Origin: Balanoglossus misakiensis
Taxonomy: Eukaryota; Animalia; Hemichordata
DNA length: 64,000 nt
Assembly: GCA_040954595.2 (NCBI GenBank)
Contig: CM082588.2
Span: forward strand, 3,370,513 to 3,434,512
Direction: 5' to 3'
Position numbers and translations under genes: made by a program. The notes beneath the pieces were generated by a model. The model searched no databases. It saw nothing but the letters and a program-made list of their open reading frames with translations, and was not told the DNA's origin. Below, one piece after another: positions 55,423 through 64,000 of the stretch (the first letter of the stretch is position 1; every line of letters begins with the position of its first letter).

Positions 55423-58400
55423 TTGACAGGCGCAAAAATTGCAGGAATCCGTGGATCAAAGGACACTTCTGTGTGACGCATCTGTACCCGAGAAGGGGTC
55501 TGGCAAGATGGTTTCACCCGGGCTGGAACCGTTAAATCTCAAGTCGGAGAATGGCGCATCGCGTATCCATACCGCTGAGCAGATTACTTAGCGAATGAAA
55601 AAAAAGATGACAATGATATGAATTTACCGATATCCGCAAGCCACAGATTATAGTGTATCTCTCACGACTTGTGAATGACTCGAATGATTAAATACTGTAG
55701 CGTTAACATTTAAAATTCGATGCATACACATAAAGAGGGAAGATCGAGCGGCGACGGGATTCGCTTTGCGGTTGCGAGTCAACATTTGTCTCCGATCGCA
55801 ACAAATTGTTCCGACTCCTTGTAAAATACAGAACCGAGACCTTGCACGTTTCAACAAAAGGAAGTTCACGTCCGCGTGACGACAGATGAAAAACACTAAT
55901 GTACCGGAAAATATGAGTATTAGCATTTCTGGCGTTGGTGGTCCCATCGTCATGATTTGACGGTGGTGACTCTGAGGCCTGTGTTGGCGTTCTCCGTCTC
56001 GTGCAAACTTTGAGCCCTCAAAACAAGATGAATACGTTCGCACAGTCGAACAGAAAGCACTGAAATGCTTGTGAACACCCTTTCATTGTTTTGCGATGAG
56101 AAAAAAGCCACGTCATCGCCTCGGTAGTTTGAGATGCCGTTTTTGTACACATATTCTGTCTCCCCTCTTGGGTAAAACAGGCGCGCTGTCGAACAATTGT
56201 TTCTACCTTAAAATTTTCAATAAGACCAAGTCGTGACCGGGTAAAAAACACATATGGCAAACGCGGGACTGTGGTAATGTTCTTATGTACCTGAACTTGG
56301 ACACCCCCGCCGTCACGGTGGTCCGAAATGACAACCAGGTGTTGTTAGCATATTTTCGAATTCTCAATACTCGACATTGAAGAGCGTTTGGACCGCCCTG
56401 GAACGAGACTCCTTTTCAAATTTATTGCAAGGTCAGCGGTTTCCGCCCGCCTGGGGAGTCTATATTGACTTGATCCCAGCGACTTCGGCCAATTTCGTTG
56501 ATCAAAAACCGGAGAACGGGGGGAGAGACGGGCTCTCTGTGTCACAGCGGCCGGGGCGGTAAAGTGATACGGGCAAAGGAGCTAACGCGGTCGGCTGTAA
56601 GCGCGCGCTCGTTCCAGTTTCTCGAAAGGAATACCTGGGTATCCATTTCTCGGCGATGGAGATTTATTGCAAATCAATTTCGCCGCTGCTAAACTGACAC
56701 CACCCACCCTAGAAATTGATAATGGCTGCGCTCAATGAGAAACCGCCGCGTAAGATGTCAACCTATTGCACCGTTGATGAGTGCCGAGGAGACCTCTAGT
56801 AGAAATCAACACCGCATCCACACTACACCACCACGAGCAACCCTGCCTCCTTTGTCGATTTCATCGCAACAAGAAAACCCCACCCGTTCATCACATCCAG
56901 AACGTCAGCCAGTGTTACGACACGTAGGCCACCTCGCTGTATTATTATTAACACGACGATTAGCGTGGTCGATTAAAAATATTAGTACGCCATGATCGGA
57001 ATAAATTTGACGACGTCTGGGAAATATTCATAACAATGTACTGGCCATATTTGGAAGTCGAGTATGTCAATTTAACCCCAGGGAGAGAGACTTAGAGCTT
57101 GGTAACTGATTGATGATTTTTTTTGTCGTTTACGCTCGGAAAACAAAAGAACATCCGTCAAATGTGTCTGTATGTATGTTTATGTTCGACTCTCACATAT
57201 ACATGACGCGGAGATTTTCTATCCTGGCCGTATATATTTTTGTGCATCCATTCGCCCGAAGACAATAAATTCCTGTGTCTTCGTTTTCTCCAAAATACTC
57301 CCGACGCAACCACTTTACATCGCGCAGCTTCGAAAATAGTCGCAGCGTCTTCTAAGATGTTGCGTCTCGTAAGTAAGACGAGTGTTTTTGGAAGAGTGAA
57401 ATGTCTCAACAAGAGAGATCTCGGTTCGAAAATACACGAAGAATTCGAAGGATGTTGGTAAAGATTTCGACGCCGCGGAAATTGAACCTCTTTCGAGAAT
57501 TCAACCCGTGTCGAAAATATGCTCGGTGTTGCTGATTGTTTAAAGCCACTTTTTGTGATGGAAGTTCGGCAGGTATCGTTTTACAAGTTGCTAATTAACG
57601 CCTCTGTGCATGATATTAGTTGCCCTCTGTCCAATGGCTAAGGGTAAATCAAAAAGTGAATGTGTAATGAGAGTGTGTACACATCCCGGTATAGAAAAGC
57701 CCAACCACTTATTTTTTACCATGACAAAGGGGGGTTGTTTTGTCGCTAACCGCCGCGATTCAACTCCAGCCAAGGACCGTTTTCACAGTTAAACGCTGCA
57801 AATGTTCGCATCGAGTCGAGTATACACTGTGGCCTCGGAGAGCGAGAGGACGTCTCCTTCTCTGAGTAAAAATGCGATTTGCTTTCTCATTTGCAACGAC
57901 CGTGTCGAAAATTGCGACCGATACTCGGCCCAGCTAAAGTTTGAACTTATTGTCTTGTCGACGTCTTATAAGTCAGTACAATCTGGAATGTCAAGAAAGC
58001 TAAATTATATTGTTTCTGCTGAGACAAATTGGCCAAACTAGGTGATCTACGGTGATGTACAAACGCTGTGATCGATTTTGCCGCGAAATGACACTACAAC
58101 CAGAAGTGCTTTGAATCCTATAGAGTTACGGTATTCGGTCGATTACATTATTTGTACATTAAAATGTGGCCCCGGGTGACTTGTGATATTTCAGGGTTTT
58201 TATTTTGCTGAACACTGCACTTCTTTAAAAAATTAAAATTAAAATTGATATCTATTAAACGGGCGCGAGTAGGTTATTAACTGTAACGTTAAGAAATTGG
58301 TGTTTCGGAAGCAATTTAGGTGTGAACGGCACGCTAAAGGGTTAGGTTTACACACCGTTTGTCGTTGTGTCGGCACTTGGAGAAAGTGGCACAGTCTCCG

Positions 58401-61400
58401 TCGCGTCGTCAACATTGTAAGGAGGTGTGAACAGTACACAGACAGTGTAAGACGATATTCTCGCCGAGTTTTAGTGATTTCAGTTTCTTCAAACATTGTC
58501 GACCAAAGGGTCCCACACAGCAATGTAGGCTGATAGAGACACCTTATGATAAAATCAGAAAACTGCATAATGTATAGGCCCTCGGTGTTAGTGATTTTCA
58601 GGGAGAAACCGTTACTTTGTATTTTGTTTTACCTGGAAGGGATTTCAACCAAACTTAACGCATTACAGAAAGAAACGACATGGGAATCGTGTAAATGATT
58701 ATCAGATTTAACGAAATATCGACACCCGGACATGTTTGGGTGGCGGTTTTAAAACGCATGCCTTTCACTTCATTTCTACATCCACGTTTTGCGTGACAGA
58801 CAGACATCTTGCAGCGACCACTGAGCCATCCGACGGAAGCCAGACTTACAGGTTCTCTCTCAATGCAACTCTCGCTGCGGAATACAAGCCGAATATTACC
58901 CGGCAATCCAATCGTATAATTCTGGGGGTTTTGGGGAACGACTTTGGACATTTATCAAAAGGCCGACAGAAGCCCGCTGCATTATTAAACGGCTCCAAGT
59001 CATTTCGCCATAGCCACCTTAAGCTAAATAAAGCCTTTGATCCACACCCGTGACTTATTAACCAAACAGTTCGACGCGCCTTTCAAATTCACAATAATCC
59101 GCCAGCGAATCAGTCGGGCAATTTTCTCCAATCCTGCCGGGGTGAGACGATTCCGACGTGAGCGTGGTGGGGCGATCAGCTCGCCAAAGTTTCCCCATCG
59201 CTCAGCGGGAGACCCTCCCTGATATCACCCGCGCAAATAGTCTCTCTCCACGTTTTCTGGTCAATATTGGTCATTGCCGACTGAACAACATCTCGTTTAT
59301 GTCCCCAATTATATTATCGGAGCCTAATTGTTCCGATTTTCGTTAAAGAAACATATCGCCCACTCTGTGAAGAACTCCGATTCTCTCTGTTTGTGAGTCG
59401 GTTTTCTCGCAAGTGTGGGAATTTGTCGAGTCAAGCATGCATCGCGGGCCCCCAGTGGGCACTGTGACTCGACTTGGCATTTAGTAAACTATATCATCTG
59501 ACTGTAAATCAACAGAGGGAAAGAGACAGAGAGTAGGTCTACTTGGTGGCTTATGATACAAAAAGCCCAAGTTCATCGCTGTTGCAAGTTTGTTTCTCCC
59601 GAAAAAAAGGGAATTTCCAAGTGACGTCACTTACGTCAAAATCGGTGACCACAAAAGATGTCACGCAAACCACAAAATTTGAATCTTAGAAAAATAAAAC
59701 CTGGAATGAGGAAAGAGGAGAAATTTATCGTGACAAACAAACGTCTAAATGTCAAAAAAGGATTATTTGCCGAAGAATCTAAAATGCCACACATTGGAAC
59801 ATAAAATGAGCAGTTTGGGAAGACGTACTCCCCAGCACAAATGTCAATCAAGTTGTTGGGAACTTCCTGGAATAGAACAAGCCTCTGGTGACTTTCCAGA
59901 TATGTGCATGTTGCTCAAAACGCTTGATAAGCTTATGATTCTAAAATCCACGGGTCGCCCAGAAAAGGAAACGCTGAACTGGGCATGGATCACGCGCCAC
60001 GCACGATCCCAGCCCCCGACGCCCGTTGCACACGTAGCCGATTCCTGATATCGAAATGATGTCATGTCAATCAGGGTAACCAATTAGTTAATTGACTGCG
60101 GATATCACATTGACCGTTAGCATGCAAATTATCCGCAAATAGCACCAATTATTTTTCGCTGAAGTACTTTCACAACGCGACAGTTAAGTTGAAGAGGTGT
60201 TGTCCTTTTATGAGAATTGGACATCTTTCCCAATGACCAAGACACAATCAGTCTCTGTAATTCGCACAGACAGCCGAAAAAATGGGAACTTTATATAAGG
60301 TTGATCACATTTTGGTAGATATTTTACATGTAGGCCTAATCAGATGTAGCACCCCGAAATTGGCTTTCAAAGTAGTGAAATTTCTTCTTAATTTATTTTT
60401 GTCATTTTGTTGTTACTGGTCGAAAGCTTGTGGGAATTCTACTTCATTAATGAAGGTAAACGTTACTGAACTAGTAACAACTGGGCAGCAAAGTTCACTA
60501 TTTCAGTTGATTTCGTTCAAAATTCGCTTTCAACAACAATGAGTGGCAGTGAAGTGGTTATGCGCACGAGACACGCCGCAGCGTCGACAACACTACACGC
60601 AGCGAGGACGCCAGCATGTCCACGCGCACTCGCTCTGCAGAGGTCCGCCACACTCAAGCCAAAATCTCGCAGCAAGGCTCGCGAAGGGATGGGTCCAAAT
60701 ACTCGGAGAAACTGCCCGAGGCTTGGAGCATTTCGCGGTATGGATCTGACCGGCCGGTAGCGCGCCGGCACTTTCGTAAGACAGACAGCGTGGTCTGTTC
60801 CTCCCACGGCTATTGCCAAACCACAGCACGACGGCTCAACAACATTACCACCCCTTCCCGGATCCCACGAAGACCAAACATCGAAATAAGCAACCCACAT
60901 ATAACAGCACGTTCCTGCAAACGAAATAATGGCAAGAATGGTTCTCGCAATTCGTGATTTCGTTTCCACGCCGTTGTAAAAGTCAGTAGAGCCTGCGTCA
61001 CCGTATATTACAACGCCGGTGCTGGCGAGATCTGACTGCCGAGGCGTGGATGTTCAACTCCCCCGGGCCAATAAAGCCGCTCATTTCAATATTTCCCCTC
61101 GACCTGCAAATGTGAAATCAATTATTGCGTCATACAATGCACGTTATTTTCCACAATACGGTTTAGTTTTCCTCCTTTTGCCGCCAACGTAAAAACAATA
61201 CTCGTCTCCCAATATATTTCTGACAGTCCTCACGTATCTCATACTTCAATATGATTTTTTCTACACGACCATGGGCACACATTAATAATCCTTAAAATGG
61301 GCCACATTTTGGCAGACATAATAGGAAACGGGTAGCTTGTAAAATGAAAGAAATATTCCCGGTTTTTTTAAAACCTTCAACTCGCAAAAATCGTCCTAAA

Positions 61401-64000
61401 GGGTAAAATAAAAAGTGAAACGGGGGCACGAAAAAATGGTAGCTTATCAATTAGATAACTTCATCTTGACTTTGTGTTTCTTTGAATCTGTTTTGCAACA
61501 CAGCATCGCATTTGTATCTCGTCGTTTCGTTCTGATTTCAGGCCACATTACATCGCTTTTCTGCGTTGTTTTCTTTCTCCTTTTGAATTTGTTGTTTTTA
61601 TCCGCAAAATGTTTGGCTGATGCAATAAACGTATTGTTATGTCGGATCAAGTCAGTCACTGGAAAAACAGAGTGTGCGTGGAAGATGGATTCAAAACACA
61701 CGAGTCATTAAACAAATCTATAATATGCCATCAGATAACCCTTTCTCTCTCTCTTTTTATGTTAACAGAGCGACGGATAGCGAACGGTTGTTTTGAAAGA
61801 GCCAACTCCTTTGTTTACCTCGTCAAGTACGTATACACTAGTGATAAAGTGTCGGGTGAAATCGCTGGTAAGTGTTTGTCAGAATTTAAAAATACCAATC
61901 CTTTTATCTGCTGAGACCGTCACGCAAGGTAAGCCTATCACACAAACACAAACATGTCTTGTACAGACAACACGGTTTGGGGAAAGTTTTGCTAGTGAAA
62001 AAAATGTAAAGACGTTTGAGATCTGATCGATACACAAGTCGATCAAAATTTAACGAATTGTATAAATATGTCATAGGTTGGTCAACACGGCTCTTTAAAA
62101 TCGTACGATTGGCGCGACGCGAGTGTTTGTTGACTCAAGAATAGGACAACGAGGCTCTCCTGGAGAAAGGAGTCTTCTTCAAAAAGTTGTCAGATTTAAA
62201 GAAAAATCACTCAGATAGTTTAGATAGGAATATCGGGATATCACCGTTATGATTTTTTTCGATGGATTCCACTTAGAGGCAAATTCCGACAAATCACATT
62301 CGATTTGTTGTTCTGTTCCCCGGCGGTGCTCGCTTGTTCGTGGCAGATCATTCAAACCCCGTTACTCGCCAATCCCGAGACCCAATTAACGGCAGCGTGT
62401 AAACCTCGCCCAGATTTCCACTTTCCGTGGGCAAGTCAGCTCAGACACGTTGCCATAACAACGAATAATGACTCACAGATGGCCATGGACGGGAAACTGA
62501 CAAAAACCGAAGTCAACAAGGATTATGGGGAGGGGGGGGGGTAGAGTCTGCTATAAAATGTGGTTACTCCACCTAGCCACATATTGCCTTCACCTATCTG
62601 TCTACATGCCAGATTTCAAGACTTAATATACAGCTCGGACTTTCGATTTGAAATAAGGGTTATATGACGTGTCATACTATTGACCACAACTCCTAAAAAG
62701 ATTCGTCTTTTCAAAGTGCGCATGCGTGTTGCGTTTACCAATTTTACTATTATTACACTACTTTGGTACATGTAATTACAAACTCCTTCCGGTTTGGCCC
62801 CTTAGCGGAGCTGTGTGCTCTAAAACCGGAATCTCAGTATGCTTAAATCACGGTTTGCATTTATCGAGCTCATAATTCGACAAGAAACTGTCGGGTTAAA
62901 GGCAATTTCGTTGGTGACCGCCAGAATCCTCGTTTGGTTTCCTTCGATAGTTTGGCGTCGTCACGTGGTGTTTTGCCGATTACGTGCAGGGTTCATGGTA
63001 CTTTGGTGTCTCGCAAATTATGAAATGATATTTTTCGACAACCCCCACCCTGGGTCCTCAAAAATCTGCAAGTGAGCGTTCACACGGTATCGCGGTCCAA
63101 CGGGCGTCATCGTATCCTGTGTACGGGAACGAAGACGTGTGGATCTCAATGAATGTAGAATGATATGAATGTACACGACTAACGTTTATGCAAAACATTC
63201 AAAATCTGTAATAAACAGGGAAACAGACCTTAATAAATGTTGAGGTAATTCAGGGTGTGCCTTTAAAAATGGTTTGATTCCGAGGCAAGTGTGTGATCTC
63301 AACTTAGGAAGAAACGGTGGTGAACATTTAACGGCTAGTAATGCAAGTGGGCAAGTATGTTGCAGCTCAGTGGGACGCCTATATAGACGTATCATTATCT
63401 CAGCAAAGTCTTCAGTCAAAAGGATTCTATTAAAGGGCGATGCTTAGAGACTCATCAATCGGAACGTATGGTCGGAATGTCTGATATTCACCGTGCTCAT
63501 TTCGCGGTGTTCATTCCGGCAGGTAGATTGGGGTGTGTGCTTGTTTGAGGTTCAGCCGAGGCCGAAATTAGCTGCATTCCGTGCGGTATTGTGTCGGGTT
63601 TGTGTCTGATGGGAGTTGGGGGGAGATTCACCTTGCGAGCGCCACGTCTCCACGTGTTATCACGCATTCTGATGCGCGTTCCGCCGCGAACGCAGCAAAT
63701 TTGTTCATCTCATACCAAAAAAAGTCGCGCCCCTGCTTTTCACGGACACGTACCAAGCTGTGTCCAATTTGGGCGCCGCCGGACAAACATCACACGTTCC
63801 TTCGATCCCCGAATGACCGTCGCCCCCGCTCGTCGCAGCCAATCCGCACTGAGAAGTTTACATCTCTCAAAAAATGTCAAAGAGCAAACATTAACATCCC
63901 CCGTCTCGAGCAGAGAGAAGAACGACATGAATCAAGTAACAGCAAGATATTTCTGAAAACTTTAATATTGATCTTCATAAAACCGAACAAGCCGGATTAG

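Larger units (their letters stand above)
35046..64000 (-). other. Probable very large first coding intron of sim (>=29 kb), non-coding and CpG-rich
   Basis: The phase-1 acceptor at 35046-35047 needs an upstream bHLH exon (MKEKSKNAAR...). I found no such sequence by eye or in the ORF track between 35046 and 64000, and no other convincing coding exons in this interval. Confidence 0.7.

Noticed and set aside
59425-59473. Hairpin with 9-bp arms (gtcgagtca...tgactcgac) as a pre-miRNA
   Set aside because: Stem too short, interior poorly paired, and no recognisable miRNA seed family.
61560-61610. Minus-strand 'QKEKENNAE' resembling the SIM bHLH basic region
   Set aside because: Flanking residues do not match MKEKSKNAARTRREKENxEFxELAKLLP; chance A-rich match.
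35046-64000. Sim/Arnt CME sites (TACGTG/CACGTA) suggesting autoregulation, and scattered Su(H) GTGGGAA sites
   Set aside because: My rough count of about 15 CME hexamers is close to chance expectation for 29 kb on both strands; neither motif shows clear clustering.

Overview
Eukaryotic, intron-rich animal DNA, most likely from an invertebrate deuterostome (an inference from gene content and exon structure; species not determinable). Four spliced genes were reconstructed by hand from GT-AG junctions. (1) KDM1A/LSD1, minus strand, 16 exons, about 821 aa. (2) A divergently transcribed HDX-like (highly divergent homeobox) gene, plus strand, 4 coding exons, about 415 aa. (3) HLCS (holocarboxylase synthetase), plus strand, 10 exons, about 921 aa, with the long 'M-x-I-T-x-C-Y-x-Y-L' N-terminus. 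(4) single-minded (SIM, bHLH-PAS), minus strand, 8 coding exons visible. No bHLH exon was found for SIM, so 35046-64000 is probably one CpG-rich intron of about 29 kb or more. Highlights: the tail-to-tail HLCS/SIM pair mirrors human HLCS/SIM2; there is a candidate 18-nt in-frame microexon at the position of the vertebrate neural LSD1 exon 8a; an ~85-bp TTAA-flanked piggyBac-type MITE occurs in 5 copies; and there are a perfect DR5 element, an octamer cluster and RFX X-boxes. No prokaryote-type system (CRISPR etc.) is evident, and most short ORFs in the track are spurious.
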